DNA of 64,000 nucleotides, taken from IMG/VR virus record IMGVR_UViG_3300025769_000068, one strand, 5' to 3'. Each line of letters opens with the position of its first letter. Positions within the stretch are counted from its first letter, which is position 1. A model generated the notes under the pieces. The model did no database searches. It saw only the letters and a list, made by a program, of their open reading frames with translations, and was not told the DNA's origin. The position numbers were made by a program, and so were the translations under genes. This document shows, one piece after another, positions 19,405-30,447 of this stretch. The DNA is from a virus.

Positions 19405-20112
19405 TTAGTTGCTCCAAAGGTGGTTTATTTTTTCTAAGTATTTTATTAGTTTATCTATATGGCTATCATTATTATCAATAATATAATCAAAATTAGCCCA
19501 ATCATATTTTTCAAGACTTAGCGCAGTTTCGCAGTAATGGTCGCTTGCATATGGATTCCTTGTTAGCCTCAATACAATTCCTCCAGCTTTATGTATAGCT
19601 TCTACTTCGTTAGGGAATCTTACATCTGGTATCAAGGCTATTTCTGATTTTTCTTTTAGTATTGTTTTAATTGTATAGTCTACCCATATCGTATCTTTAA
19701 TCTTTCGCATCACATCTGTACCAAGATACTGCAAAAATTCTCTAGATGTTTTGCCATATGGTGTCATGGTATTTTTATCATCATCTGTACCGTAAACTTG
19801 TTGAGGCTCAAGATCAAACAAGTCGATGCACATTTTTTTTAAACAGTCTGCGAAGTGATATATTTTAATATGAGGCCATAGGTTGAGGTCAGCGTACTCT
19901 ATGAAGTCTTTGTCTTTTCTAGTTACGTCAAAGATTCCCCAGCCCTGATGACCAGAAGAATCTAAGGTTTGGATTTCTAGCTGTCCATCCAAGTTTATCT
20001 TAAAGTCAGAAATCATTTCCATTTGTTTTAATACTGAGCCATTTATAAAGTTGGCTACAGTATTTTTACCAGCTTGTTTTGTGCCTGAAATTCCTATTAT
20101 CTTAGCCATCAA
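19405..20112 (-). CDS. Deoxynucleoside monophosphate kinase
   Basis: GISGTKQAGKNT, REFLQYLGTD, DVRFPNE. Confidence 0.85.
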   Translation of the reverse strand: MMAKIIGISGTKQAGKNTVANFINGSVLKQMEMISDFKINLDGQLEIQTLDSSGHQGWGIFDVTRKDKDFIEYADLNLWPHIKIYHFADCLKKMCIDLFDLEPQQVYGTDDDKNTMTPYGKTSREFLQYLGTDVMRKIKDTIWVDYTIKTILKEKSEIALIPDVRFPNEVEAIHKAGGIVLRLTRNPYASDHYCETALSLEKYDWANFDYIIDNNDSHIDKLIKYLEKINHLWSN

Positions 20113-21131
20113 TAAGTACCTCTTAAGTTAGCTAGTATTTCTTTTTTAATTTTCTTGATATCCATATCGCCAATATCTTTTTGTATAAATTTTGGAAATG
20201 TTAATTTATAAAGTCTATTTAGCTGTCTTTGTATTTGTACTTTAGATTCTCTACCAGCTTGATCGTTATCTGTTAAAATTATAAGATGCGTTATAGGTAG
20301 TTTTAGTAGTTTGTTTTTTTGCTGTTCAGTTATAGTCTTTCCAAATATACTAACTACATTTAAAACGCCAGCTTCATATAATTTCCAAACATCCCCTTGA
20401 CCTTCTACTATATAAAGGCAGGATGTTTCTTCAGCCTTCTTCATAGCCCTGTGGTAATTATAAAAGTAGTATCTTTTATCAAACCCTTTAGGATTAAATA
20501 AAAATTTGGGCATTCTATAATCGCGCATAGATCTTCCGATGATGCCAACCACATCTTTACCATCATCGTCGTGTATTGGTATGATTGCCCTTTCCTTCAT
20601 TATACCATTTGCATGACAATCTCCCACACCAAAATATTTCATAGTCTTTTTATTAAATCCTCTTGCTATAAAGTATTCTGATGGTATTGACAGGTCATAG
20701 TCAATAGTTATTGGCTTATGAGTATTAAGGACTTCTTTTTCTTTTAGTATCTTTATTGTTTCATATATTGAATCTTCTTCTACTTCTTCAGTTTTTGTGG
20801 GGACTTTTGAGTATGTTTGTTTAATGTTTAGGATTTTACAGGCCCATTGTAAAGCTTCTTTAAATTCTACATCCTTTCCTTCTTGCGCTGATAACGCTCC
20901 TGCTATCAGGCCAAATATATCATTTCTATATTCTTCTTGACATTCTCTAGTCCAACATTTCCACATTCCTCTCTGTGGAGAAAAAGAAAATGCTCTAGGA
21001 TTATCACTTCCTTCATGCACTGGGCATGTTGAATATATATTATCAGAGAAAACTTCACATTTCATTCCCAGCTCACTGAAAATTAGTTCTGCATTTTCAT
21101 TCAGTTTTTTCTTGATCTGTTGCAAGTTCAT
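20109..21131 (-). CDS. dnaG: DNA primase (zinc finger + TOPRIM)
   Basis: CPVH..CWTREC; IVEGQGD; DNDQAG. Confidence 0.85.
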   Translation of the reverse strand: MNLQQIKKKLNENAELIFSELGMKCEVFSDNIYSTCPVHEGSDNPRAFSFSPQRGMWKCWTRECQEEYRNDIFGLIAGALSAQEGKDVEFKEALQWACKILNIKQTYSKVPTKTEEVEEDSIYETIKILKEKEVLNTHKPITIDYDLSIPSEYFIARGFNKKTMKYFGVGDCHANGIMKERAIIPIHDDDGKDVVGIIGRSMRDYRMPKFLFNPKGFDKRYYFYNYHRAMKKAEETSCLYIVEGQGDVWKLYEAGVLNVVSIFGKTITEQQKNKLLKLPITHLIILTDNDQAGRESKVQIQRQLNRLYKLTFPKFIQKDIGDMDIKKIKKEILANLRGTY

Positions 21132-22569
21132 TTGCTAATTTCTTCATAGAGTCATTATTAATTAATCCCGTGTCGCCAATTGGCTGATTCTTTAATTCAT
21201 TTCTTGTTTGAAGTTCTATAAGTTTTGCGTGTGCGCCTTGCATTTGCATATTTATATAATCTCCATCGTCCATTCCAGCGCCATGTCTAGAAACAATCGG
21301 CACTAGTTTTCTATTGCCAGCATTTGGTCCATCTTCTGCAAGCTCTTCTGTAGACTTAGCTTTAAATATTGTAAAAGACGTACACAACCATATCAATCGG
21401 TCTGACCCACTCACAGCGTCAGTACTTTCTTTGGTGATACCATCTCTATTTAATTGCACGAAAGATAAACATGGCATGTCTAGCTTAACACATAAATTAT
21501 GAAGTGAAGTTATTTGAAAACCTAGAGCCTGATATTCCTGTATATTGTTTGTAATAGAATTAGATGACATCAGCTTTAGATAATCATAGATAATTAAGCA
21601 GTCATTTGTCTTCCCATTTTCATCTGTCTTCACTTCTTGTACAATCCACCGCTTGATCACATTAAGTATCTGTTCAAACGGCTTTCCTGCGACCGTGGCG
21701 TAACTGTATGGTATGTTAGATAAATGATCAACAGCTTTTTGTACATTATCCATCTTCAATGGATCTTCTGCAAATTTACCAGTAGCAACTTCATTAATAG
21801 GAACCTTGCTAATATTAGCTATAAGTCTATTTAGATGGTCCTCTTTTGACATTTCTGTATCTAATACTAGGACGGGGACTCCGGTGGAGGATACATTAAG
21901 GGCAACATTATCAGCGAATACTGACTTACCAACTTTTGGTCTTGCAGATATAAGATCAACGCATTTTCGTCTAAGACCACCGCCAATGGCTTCGTCGTAC
22001 CTAGCGAACCCCGTGGGTATACCAATGATATCGCACTGATTTTCTTCGAGAAATTTGACATAATCTTCTACTCCCTCGCCAATCTTTTCTGGATGTTCTC
22101 CACCATCATCCTCGCGTAAAAAATCTGTAACAGGATCTTCTAGCTTTTGTATAATTTCATTTATTGTTTCTGACCCAGTGACATCATCCATATCTTTGTT
22201 TACTTTACTTGTAAGTTTTTTAATCTTACGAGCAAACTCAAACTTTTTCATTTGAGCTGCAAACTTTATGATATTATTTTTGTCTACTGGAAAATCAAAC
22301 AGCGACTTTATATACTTAAGTTCTTGCTTAGTATTTATAGTCTCAGAAAATTTTAATTGTTCTGCGGCAGAAAGAAGTGAAGCAATATCTACGGACTGAT
22401 CGTTATTAATAATATGCTTTACACACTTGTATATAATTTGATTATTGTGATTGCCAAACGTGTCATCATTTACAAAATCTGATACAGTTATGTAGCCATC
22501 AATACCATACTGGATTAAACCAGCTAGCACTGCCCGTTCTGCACCGACATCTAATAGTTTATCTTGCAT
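21097..22569 (-). CDS. dnaB: Replicative DNA helicase
   Basis: ARPKVGKS, DTEM, IYDYLKL, QLNR. Confidence 0.9.
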   Translation of the reverse strand: MQDKLLDVGAERAVLAGLIQYGIDGYITVSDFVNDDTFGNHNNQIIYKCVKHIINNDQSVDIASLLSAAEQLKFSETINTKQELKYIKSLFDFPVDKNNIIKFAAQMKKFEFARKIKKLTSKVNKDMDDVTGSETINEIIQKLEDPVTDFLREDDGGEHPEKIGEGVEDYVKFLEENQCDIIGIPTGFARYDEAIGGGLRRKCVDLISARPKVGKSVFADNVALNVSSTGVPVLVLDTEMSKEDHLNRLIANISKVPINEVATGKFAEDPLKMDNVQKAVDHLSNIPYSYATVAGKPFEQILNVIKRWIVQEVKTDENGKTNDCLIIYDYLKLMSSNSITNNIQEYQALGFQITSLHNLCVKLDMPCLSFVQLNRDGITKESTDAVSGSDRLIWLCTSFTIFKAKSTEELAEDGPNAGNRKLVPIVSRHGAGMDDGDYINMQMQGAHAKLIELQTRNELKNQPIGDTGLINNDSMKKLANELATDQEKTE

Positions 22570-22964
22570 TATCTACCTGTACACCTATCACACCTATAAT
22601 ATTCCCCATATACAATATTAGCATTTACTTGGTACTTTTTACCACAAGCATTGCATGTTACGTGTTTCTTTTTTGGTGGTGGTCTATTTCTGGGAGTTCT
22701 ATGCACATTTGGAGTCTCTACTTCTTTGTGTTCTCCAGTGTCTGTCCAAGTATTTTCCCTTGCTTTTACTGGCTCCCTACGACGATTTGATCCCAAAGTA
22801 GACTTTTTAACTACTCTAAAATCATCTGTAATGTCGTTTGTTTCTTCTAGTTCTGATTGTATGTGTGGAGGGTGCGTAGAAAATGCTTCTTTGCTATTTA
22901 AAGCTTTGATTAAAGCCTCTTTTTGTTCCACACTCAATGTCTTAACAAACTCATCCATACTCAT
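22569..22964 (-). CDS. Hypothetical protein with C-terminal zinc finger
   Basis: CNAC..CDRC. Confidence 0.55.
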   Translation of the reverse strand: MSMDEFVKTLSVEQKEALIKALNSKEAFSTHPPHIQSELEETNDITDDFRVVKKSTLGSNRRREPVKARENTWTDTGEHKEVETPNVHRTPRNRPPPKKKHVTCNACGKKYQVNANIVYGEYYRCDRCTGR

Positions 22965-23446
22965 AATCTTTTACCTTTCTCTAGTAATATATCTGCTTTA
23001 CGTTTCAATTCATATATTTTACCGTCAAGTGCCTGTATCCTTGACTCTGCAATCTCACGATAGTGATCTACTGTTGCTGCGTATTCATCGTTTACAATTA
23101 TAAGTGGTCTACGTTCCTCATATTTAGTATACTTACTAAACTGATCGTGGTTTTTTGCAACCATTTTATTTAGCTTGTCGTTACACCAATTTAGAGCAAT
23201 CTTCTGCATATTTAATTCATCTTGTAGATGTGTGGAGTAGCTATATAGTTGATACGACCAATCAAATAGTTCTGCTTGGGTAAGAGAACTGATGGTTTCC
23301 CTATCAGCATTAGCACATCTATGCCAATCATCTCTGAACTTCTTATTAAACCTAGCATGACTAGCGTTTAAAAAGTCGTCAACCATAGCTTTCAAGTCAG
23401 CCAACTGCTCACTCGCCGTTTTCAATTTGTTCTCTCCACTGCTCAT
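22961..23446 (-). CDS. Helical hypothetical protein (possible recombination mediator)
   Basis: Coiled-coil character; between recA and dnaB. Confidence 0.35.
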   Translation of the reverse strand: MSSGENKLKTASEQLADLKAMVDDFLNASHARFNKKFRDDWHRCANADRETISSLTQAELFDWSYQLYSYSTHLQDELNMQKIALNWCNDKLNKMVAKNHDQFSKYTKYEERRPLIIVNDEYAATVDHYREIAESRIQALDGKIYELKRKADILLEKGKRL

Positions 23447-23834
23447 CTGTATCAGAATACTTCAATACTATTATATCAATTCTATTTAGTTTGCACCAAT
23501 CTATTTTATCTTCATCCTTAGCTTTTGCAATAGCAAAATCGGCTTTGTTTTTATGAAAGAACGGTGTGTACTTATAATGTTGTTGACCATGAACTTCTAT
23601 TGCTAGCATGATTTGTGGTATGTAAAAATCTAAATATAATACACCTTTCCTGTGGGACTCAGTGCTTCCCGGTAGTTTAACTTCTTCTAATATTCTGTAA
23701 CTATGGTAGATAGTCTTAAGGAGTTTTCTTGCGCGAATGTGGAACTTTGACCGTTTGCGATTGTCGTTTGCATCTACATTGTAGCTTGTTAAATTCCAAG
23801 CGTACTCTTTGCCATTTATACCTGTAACCTTCAT
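23409..23834 (-). CDS. Vsr/DUF559-like endonuclease
   Basis: LYLDFYIP..AIEVHGQQH..KDEDKIDWC. Confidence 0.7.
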   Translation of the reverse strand: MKVTGINGKEYAWNLTSYNVDANDNRKRSKFHIRARKLLKTIYHSYRILEEVKLPGSTESHRKGVLYLDFYIPQIMLAIEVHGQQHYKYTPFFHKNKADFAIAKAKDEDKIDWCKLNRIDIIVLKYSDTDEQWREQIENGE

Positions 23835-23897
23835 TTAAAACCTCTGTAATTATTTTAGATAGTAATATGCCTAAGCATATACTTATAATATTCTTTA

Positions 23898-25010
23898 TCA
23901 AAATAGCTCCTTTATCTTGTCATATACGAAAGAAGCAATTTGTGGATTCTCATTTAAAAATTCTGATAAGTTGTTTGATCCTTGAAATTTAAAAAATCTT
24001 TCTATGTCTTCTTCTTTATCAGAAATATTATTATCACTTAGTATCTTTTGTATTACCGGATCTTCTAAGTTATCGACCGCGCACTGTATTGTATACCAAG
24101 CACCAGCAGATTTAATTAATCTAAACTCACATGCTATCTGTACAACCTCTTGTACTTCGTCTAGCCCAATGCCATATCTAATCCAACTTTCCGCTGTGCT
24201 ATTTGGAGTACCGCCAGCGCAAGATGTTTTGACGTTCCAGTTTGCTATCTGACCAACGTGAGGCCCAGTATCTTTTGGAATTTGCCATCGACCACGATGG
24301 GTGATTACCATGTTTGTACCAGCTTGATATTGCAACATATTTCCACAGTCTGCCATCTTTGCTGGTGCGTATGGAGATCCACCAGTGTTTGCGATATTGT
24401 GAGTAACAGCAATTAGTATTGTTTTATTCTTCATTAGAGAGCCACTAATACGTTTGAAAAACATAGATAGTAATCGAGGCAATGCGTTACGCACACCTGT
24501 ACGAACTTCACCGTCTAGCTCTACTGATGGAACCATATTTGATAATGAATCTGCAATGATCAAACAACCCGGATCATTATTAATGTAATACTCTGTAATG
24601 TTTAGAAACTCTTCTGCTGATAAAATCTTATCGTCTGTAGACTGTACAATAAGAATTCCTTCAGGATCTAAACCTTTAATCCCATCAAAATTTTGCTTAG
24701 ACAACCTACCTTCTGTGTTAAGATAAATGACACGTTTTCCTTGAGCTTGACACTTTGCAGCAAAGTGCAATGCTGTCGTGGTTTTACCAGACTTAGGATC
24801 ACCTGTCATGACCACTACAGATCCTTCTCTAAGTCCACCTCCCAACGCGATGTCTAACGCTGGAGATACACCAATTACTTCCAATTGGTTAATATTTTCT
24901 AAGACCTCAGTACCAGTGCTAACAACATCTCCATATTTACTAACCACGGAATTGCTTACTACATCAGTGTCAAACTTATTAGATACTTTCTTCTTCTTAA
25001 CTTTACTCAT
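23898..25010 (-). CDS. recA: RecA/UvsX recombinase
   Basis: LDIALGGG, GDPKSGKTT, IIADSL, KSAGAWY. Confidence 0.9.
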   Translation of the reverse strand: MSKVKKKKVSNKFDTDVVSNSVVSKYGDVVSTGTEVLENINQLEVIGVSPALDIALGGGLREGSVVVMTGDPKSGKTTTALHFAAKCQAQGKRVIYLNTEGRLSKQNFDGIKGLDPEGILIVQSTDDKILSAEEFLNITEYYINNDPGCLIIADSLSNMVPSVELDGEVRTGVRNALPRLLSMFFKRISGSLMKNKTILIAVTHNIANTGGSPYAPAKMADCGNMLQYQAGTNMVITHRGRWQIPKDTGPHVGQIANWNVKTSCAGGTPNSTAESWIRYGIGLDEVQEVVQIACEFRLIKSAGAWYTIQCAVDNLEDPVIQKILSDNNISDKEEDIERFFKFQGSNNLSEFLNENPQIASFVYDKIKELF

Positions 25011-26579
25011 AGATCCCTCAATTTGTTTATCATTGTTTTATTTTTAGAATACGTCTGCGTTCTTCTTACTTTAACTTCTTGTTTGTCTTCAACTGTGTTT
25101 TGTTCAGGTTTAGTTTTTGCTTTTTTGGCAATCTTTTCTGCAACTTTGACTTCATTATTATAGCTCTTTATTGCTTCAAGTGCAACCTGATTATACTTCC
25201 AACCTCTAGGGCCGTAAGCTTTAAGTCCAATGTGATATATGTTTTTAAAATGACTTGACTTTATAGCTTCTATAATTATATGCTCTGGAAACTTTTTCTT
25301 TAATCCCGTAGCCGCTTTCATGTTTCTGATAAACATGTCATGATACTTGTCGCCCACTGTCCAAAATTTATAAGATGGTCTGTCCATCTTAAATGATTCT
25401 GTCCATCTAAGAATAAGAAATTCAGCGACGTAAGACTCAAAGTTACAATATTCACCCGTATGAATATGTTTATACTTATAAGTTTCAGACCACTGCTTTT
25501 GATAATTCTTGCTAAATGGCTTCGCCTTGTCTGACATTGTATACAAAAGCCTCTTCAAAACACTCTTCAAAATTGTCTGTATGTTGAGCCTCTTCTATCA
25601 AGGCTGGGACGATCCACATTGTTTTTTCAACTTTATTATCTTTTAAAAACCCTATCGTATAGCAGTCTATCGACTTGCCTTGCAATTCTGCTTTTATAGA
25701 TCTTACTAGATATACTGCTTCTGCATCTTCATTTTCCATTTTAATACAATGAGATCTATAACGCAAGCCAATACCTTTTATATATACATTATTATCATCA
25801 CAATATTTTTGGAATGTCGTCCATTTATCGTAATCATCTAAGTATATTTCTTTATCGTCAGAAGTTTGTATGTAAATCCATATTTTTCTTCTGTTGTCAG
25901 TGTTGGCATACGCTCTACGCCATCCATCTTCGCCTATGATATATTTCATTATTCAGCTTTAATTTTAGTTACGCAAGATTGATTTTTTCTAGGCCCAACT
26001 TTACGCTTTTCATCTGCAAGCGTAGATGCAGTTTCAGTCATAATGGTTGATCCACGATGATGGTGAATGTGTTCACCCGCTGTAACTGTAGTTTGTTTGG
26101 CCTTGTGAGTAATATTTTTTTTAATATATGTTTCTATAGATTTTATTGACCTATCTAGATCTACAGCAATTTCTGCTATCTCTTTATCTCTGTAATTATT
26201 GTCAATATAAAATGCTTCAACCTTACTGATTGGTCCTTTTTTAGCCATTTATAAAGCTCCTTTCTGCTCGTCGCATAAACAACGTGTTTTTAGTTTGCAA
26301 ATACTTAACATAGTAGTCAAATGTTTGCTTTGAAGTTGATTTTAGTTCTTTACGAATTTGATTAGCCCTGTGACTGTCTGTGCCTCTGGGGTCAAACAGA
26401 GTGCCATTTGATGTAAGTACAAAGAATTTCTTTTGTACCCTTTCTCCTATATCAATTGCTTTATATTCTGCATATACAGTATCACTATCGTCTGATACAC
26501 TTTGACCAAAGGCGTTATAAGATTTTGTTTCTGTGTCTTTTTTAGCATCTTTTGATGTATAGTTTTCAACATATTTCAT
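25007..26579 (-). CDS. Four hypothetical proteins (25007-25570, 25512-25949, 25949-26248, 26241-26579)
   Basis: Tightly coupled ORFs; 25949-26248 has an HTH-like segment (IAEIAVDLDRSIKSI). Confidence 0.5.
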
Positions 26580-26912
26580 TTATTCACCTTTAATAATATA
26601 TTTCTTTTTCTGTTCTGGAGTCATTTTATTTATTTTGATACGCTGTTCTTTTTTCTCTTGCGCTACTTTAAGATGTTGACTTTTAGATTCTATCTCTGAC
26701 TTTTGATAGCTACCCATTCTAGACCAATTCTTATCAGCCTGACCGCCAATGGTGCTGGAGTCAGTCATAAAAGAACCTAGCCCTCCATATATTACTCGTT
26801 CTAGAGTATTTTTACCACAAGAAGGGCAATTTTCTAGGGCATCGTCGTGAATAGACTGTCTAACATCTTTCAATGTTTCGCCACAATTTGTACATCCATA
26901 ATCATATAACAT
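26580..26912 (-). CDS. FmdB-family zinc-ribbon protein
   Basis: YDYGCTNCG..CPSCG..LERVI. Confidence 0.8.
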   Translation of the reverse strand: MLYDYGCTNCGETLKDVRQSIHDDALENCPSCGKNTLERVIYGGLGSFMTDSSTIGGQADKNWSRMGSYQKSEIESKSQHLKVAQEKKEQRIKINKMTPEQKKKYIIKGE

Positions 26913-26931
26913 TTCAAAATCCTTGTATTGT

Positions 26932-26983
26932 GCCAGATAACAGACTGAATCTAGAGTTAACTAGAAGATGTCTTGAATCTGGC
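26932..26983 (-). ncRNA. Structured guide-like repeat, copy 4 (AGACA / GUCUG)
   Basis: Plus: GCCAGA-TAACAGAC-TGAA-TCTAG-AGTTAA-CTAGA-AGATGTCT-TGAA-TCTGGC. Confidence 0.85.
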
Positions 26984-26995
26984 TTGTTTTGTCCC

Positions 26996-27055
26996 CCGGC
27001 TAGGGTAAAGATATGAATCTAAAATTAATTAGATAACTTCCTGAACCCTAACCGG
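26996..27055 (-). ncRNA. Structured guide-like repeat, copy 5 (GGAAG / UAUCU)
   Basis: Plus: CCGGCTAGGG-TAAAGATA-TGAA-TCTAA-AATTAA-TTAGA-TAACTTCC-TGAA-CCCTAACCGG. Confidence 0.85.
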
Positions 27056-27066
27056 GACTAGGTTGG

Positions 27067-27124
27067 GTCTTAGAGTGATGAGCTAAATCTAGAATAAACT
27101 AAATAACACCATGAACTCTAAGAC
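27067..27124 (-). ncRNA. Structured guide-like repeat, copy 6 (UGGUG / GCUCA)
   Basis: Plus: GTCTTAGAG-TGATGAGC-TAAA-TCTAG-AATAAA-CTAAA-TAACACCA-TGAA-CTCTAAGAC; overlaps the phoH stop codon. Confidence 0.8.
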
Positions 27125-27795
27125 TCTAATGCGTATAAAACTGCTCCTATAATTCCGTTCCTCTGTATATCATGATACTCTAATTGAGAGATTCCGACCC
27201 CCGTAACATTAGATAATTTTTGCATACATGTTTCTAATCCAGTGTGCTTATATATATCTGTTTGTTTATTATCACCATTTACAAGTACTTTAGAGTGTTT
27301 TCCCATTCGCGTAACAAACATCTTAATTTGCTCAAGTGTACAGTTTTGAGCTTCATCTAATATCATATACGAGTCGTGGAACGTCGATCCTCTCATAGTT
27401 TCTAGGGGTTCAAATCTAATCCTTCTTTGATTATAATAATAACCAAATTTATCTCTACCTAAAAAATATTTTAAATTTTCCTCCATAGGTTGTAGATATG
27501 GTTTTATTTTTTCGTTCAGTTCTCCCGGCAGAGAACCAAGATCTTTACCCGCACACACCAAAGGACGAGTTACAATTATCATGTCTATTTCGTCTTTTAA
27601 AATCTTTTGTGCTGCTATTCCAGCTGCGATAAATGATTTACCACTACCAGAAGGTCCAGTACAGAAAACTATATCGTTTTCTATAATTGATCTTATATAA
27701 TATTTTTGATTCTCAGTCTTAGCCTCCAGTACTTTTGGTTTATGTGCTTTTTTTTCTTGACGCTTTTTTCGATTGTTATGTGCCTGTGCTGCCAA
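27118..27795 (-). CDS. phoH: PhoH-family protein
   Basis: GPSGSGKS, TRP, LGSLPG, MRGSTF, ILDEAQN, GDNKQTD. Confidence 0.92.
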   Translation of the reverse strand: MAAQAHNNRKKRQEKKAHKPKVLEAKTENQKYYIRSIIENDIVFCTGPSGSGKSFIAAGIAAQKILKDEIDMIIVTRPLVCAGKDLGSLPGELNEKIKPYLQPMEENLKYFLGRDKFGYYYNQRRIRFEPLETMRGSTFHDSYMILDEAQNCTLEQIKMFVTRMGKHSKVLVNGDNKQTDIYKHTGLETCMQKLSNVTGVGISQLEYHDIQRNGIIGAVLYALES

Positions 27796-28201
27796 AACCG
27801 TTACTCCCTCGTTGCGAGGTTTCTAATTCTTCTGCTTCAATTAGAGAAACTAAAGGAACCTCTTGGAATATAATCTGTGCGATTCTATCCCCACGATTTA
27901 TTTCTACATCTTCGTCAGAAGTATTGTATAAACAAACCATGACCTCTCCCCTATAGCCAGAATCCACGACTCCAGCTAAAACATCTAATCCCCTTTTTAC
28001 AGACAGTCCAGAACGAGGCCAAATTAATCCGGCTAATCCTTCTGGCATATCAAAGGAAACTCCTGTTTTTATAGTTGTTCGTTGTCTGCCAACTACGACT
28101 GTGTTTTCAGACGCATACAAGTCATAGCCAGCATCACCGCGATGAGCTTTAGTCGGTGTCTCTGCTTCTTCGTTCAATAATTTAACATACACAAAAACCA
28201 T
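27776..28201 (-). CDS. dut: Trimeric dUTPase
   Basis: AGYDL, PRSGL, GVVDSGYRGE, RIAQ, RGSNGFGSTG. Confidence 0.95.
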   Translation of the reverse strand: MVFVYVKLLNEEAETPTKAHRGDAGYDLYASENTVVVGRQRTTIKTGVSFDMPEGLAGLIWPRSGLSVKRGLDVLAGVVDSGYRGEVMVCLYNTSDEDVEINRGDRIAQIIFQEVPLVSLIEAEELETSQRGSNGFGSTGT

Positions 28202-28210
28202 AGTTAACTC

Positions 28211-30427
28211 CTAGATTATATCACACTTCCCGCCAGCACAAGCTACCTCTTGTACTGGATTTACATTATTCTGTTCTTCAATTACGTTGGTGTAATGTAC
28301 TTCCTTGTACTCACGGTTGATATCTAACCATTCATGCCAATTGTAAACATCCTTCATACAATATGTTAATTGTTTTAAATCTCCATTCATGTATTTATCA
28401 GCAAATTTTTGACATCTATCTTTATAAGATTTTTTTTCTGTACCTTTAGCCTTTTGACCAACACCTAATAAACTATCACACGCTGCCCAAAGATTATCTT
28501 CATATAGTTGTAGTCCAATTTCTATCAGACCGCTAACAAACATTGCAGCATCTCCATAGTGTTGTATCTGTTCACTGGGTAAATACACCGTTGTGAACGG
28601 AGCTTGAGCATAATCTTTATCCCCAGCTATGGGAAGAAGAGAAACGCCACAAAAATATTTACGATATTTATATATAAAATCTGTAACAGAATCCCATTCA
28701 TCTGGCTTTACATTAATAGTATTAGAAACATTATGCGTCAACCAAGGTTGAGTACATTGCTTTGGGTTTGTACCGCTTACAACCCAGTTTCTTTGCGTAC
28801 TTTTTACATACTCAAGAAGGTCGATTGCACCAACTTGATTTTTGATCTTTGCGCCGTCTGGAACTTCTACGCAAAATGCTACTACGTCATCTGAGTCATT
28901 ATTTGACCACACAGACTCTTCACAAGCTCTAGGATTAATTGTTTTAAAATACTGGTATATTGGCTCCAGCTTATTAGCTTGGACTCTACGGATGTATCTC
29001 TTGGCGTGGTGGGGGTGAATACCAGACGATGTTCCAAGAATGCAACTTGATGTTCCTTCTGGTTTAACACAGGTTGTACGAGCCGCTTGATTAACACCAA
29101 TTAGTGCAGCTAATTTCTTGTTGGTTTCTTTTACTATTTCTGCGCCTCTTTTTTGCACTTCTGGGTCAAGACAAATTTCATGTTGCTCCATAACACCCGT
29201 CATTGAAACACCCAGTAAAGCTTCGCGGCTAATAATTCTTTCTGAGACCTCTCCAAGATATGGAAAACTAGCAAATCCAGCCTGTAGTGTGCCAATAATT
29301 GCAGCGGAAGCACACGCTTCATAAAACTCTTTCTTTGTAGTTACCTTAGCGCAGTTAATTGTAGATAGATTACACGCCTGCCATCCAGTTTTACCTGTCT
29401 GCTCATCGACGGGCCACATGCCAATTTCCACACATGGATTGACAATCAATTCTGTAGAATCAGACCATACAAATCCGGGTTCTCCAAACTCTTTAACAGA
29501 TTGCATGAGTTCTGTAAACTGTTCTTTTGTTGTTTCGTTGCGAAGCAATAAGGCAGAATTGTTTGATCGTCCTCTCTGTGGATTATCAATAAACCATGAT
29601 CCAGTTTTAGCTTTTGCCATTTCTTCGTCGTCGGCAGAAAAGACGCAGATAGTAGCGCTACGACGAACACCGCCACTGATTACAGCATCAGCGCCATACA
29701 TAACAATGTCATACGCTTCAATTGGCTTGAGTTTCTTCTGACCATTTTTAATAGCATTGTCAAGTGTTTTCTTGATGCTAGTCAAAGCATTCTTTAATGG
29801 TTCTGGACCCGGAGCTTTACCTCCACTTGATTTTAGATAAGCTCCTGCTGGACGTATAGCAGAATAATCAAATACAACTGTTTTACCATTATATTCAGGA
29901 AAAAGATCATCTCCCTTGAAATAACTAGAAATAAGAACACCTACAGCGTCTGACCAACCTTCTATAGAATCTTCAATAACAAATTTCTTTTGACCGTTTT
30001 TTCCTCTGATTAAGTTAGGTAGTTTAGCAATGTGGTGTTTCTGCACAGAGAATCCAGTTCCACAACCACAAAGTAATAGATACATGCATTCTTGGAAAAA
30101 TCTTGTTCTGTCAATATATGAAGCAATACAGTTATATATTCTAGCATTATGTTTAAACACTGGAGATCCACCAAATTGTAAAGCTCTTTGTGAACCAAGA
30201 ATCTTTTTTTTCTTCATGTCATCGTATGCTTGATCAATATACTTTGCGATCTCTGCCACTGGAGGAGGAGTCGTCTCCTTGTGTATACTATCATCCACAT
30301 ACTTGTCAATCATCATTTGTCTTACTCTATCAACTGATTCACCCCACGTTTCTCTTCTTTTCTTTTGTGGACACCACCTTGCATATTTAGATACGAACGT
30401 ATAACTCATTAATGATTTGAGCGACAT
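28211..30427 (-). CDS. nrdJ: Class II (B12-dependent) ribonucleotide reductase
   Basis: YNC, VRRSA, NPCVEI, CNL, TCVKPEGTSS, C-terminal CAGGKC. Confidence 0.9.
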   Translation of the reverse strand: MSLKSLMSYTFVSKYARWCPQKKRRETWGESVDRVRQMMIDKYVDDSIHKETTPPPVAEIAKYIDQAYDDMKKKKILGSQRALQFGGSPVFKHNARIYNCIASYIDRTRFFQECMYLLLCGCGTGFSVQKHHIAKLPNLIRGKNGQKKFVIEDSIEGWSDAVGVLISSYFKGDDLFPEYNGKTVVFDYSAIRPAGAYLKSSGGKAPGPEPLKNALTSIKKTLDNAIKNGQKKLKPIEAYDIVMYGADAVISGGVRRSATICVFSADDEEMAKAKTGSWFIDNPQRGRSNNSALLLRNETTKEQFTELMQSVKEFGEPGFVWSDSTELIVNPCVEIGMWPVDEQTGKTGWQACNLSTINCAKVTTKKEFYEACASAAIIGTLQAGFASFPYLGEVSERIISREALLGVSMTGVMEQHEICLDPEVQKRGAEIVKETNKKLAALIGVNQAARTTCVKPEGTSSCILGTSSGIHPHHAKRYIRRVQANKLEPIYQYFKTINPRACEESVWSNNDSDDVVAFCVEVPDGAKIKNQVGAIDLLEYVKSTQRNWVVSGTNPKQCTQPWLTHNVSNTINVKPDEWDSVTDFIYKYRKYFCGVSLLPIAGDKDYAQAPFTTVYLPSEQIQHYGDAAMFVSGLIEIGLQLYEDNLWAACDSLLGVGQKAKGTEKKSYKDRCQKFADKYMNGDLKQLTYCMKDVYNWHEWLDINREYKEVHYTNVIEEQNNVNPVQEVACAGGKCDII

Positions 30428-30447
30428 GTACTGACTCCGTGTTTTGT

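Noticed and set aside
26932-27124. Repeat clusters as a CRISPR array
   Set aside because: Variable parts are only 5 nt, units have different closing stems, and there is no cas operon; the Cas4-like nuclease at 18366 sits in the replication module.
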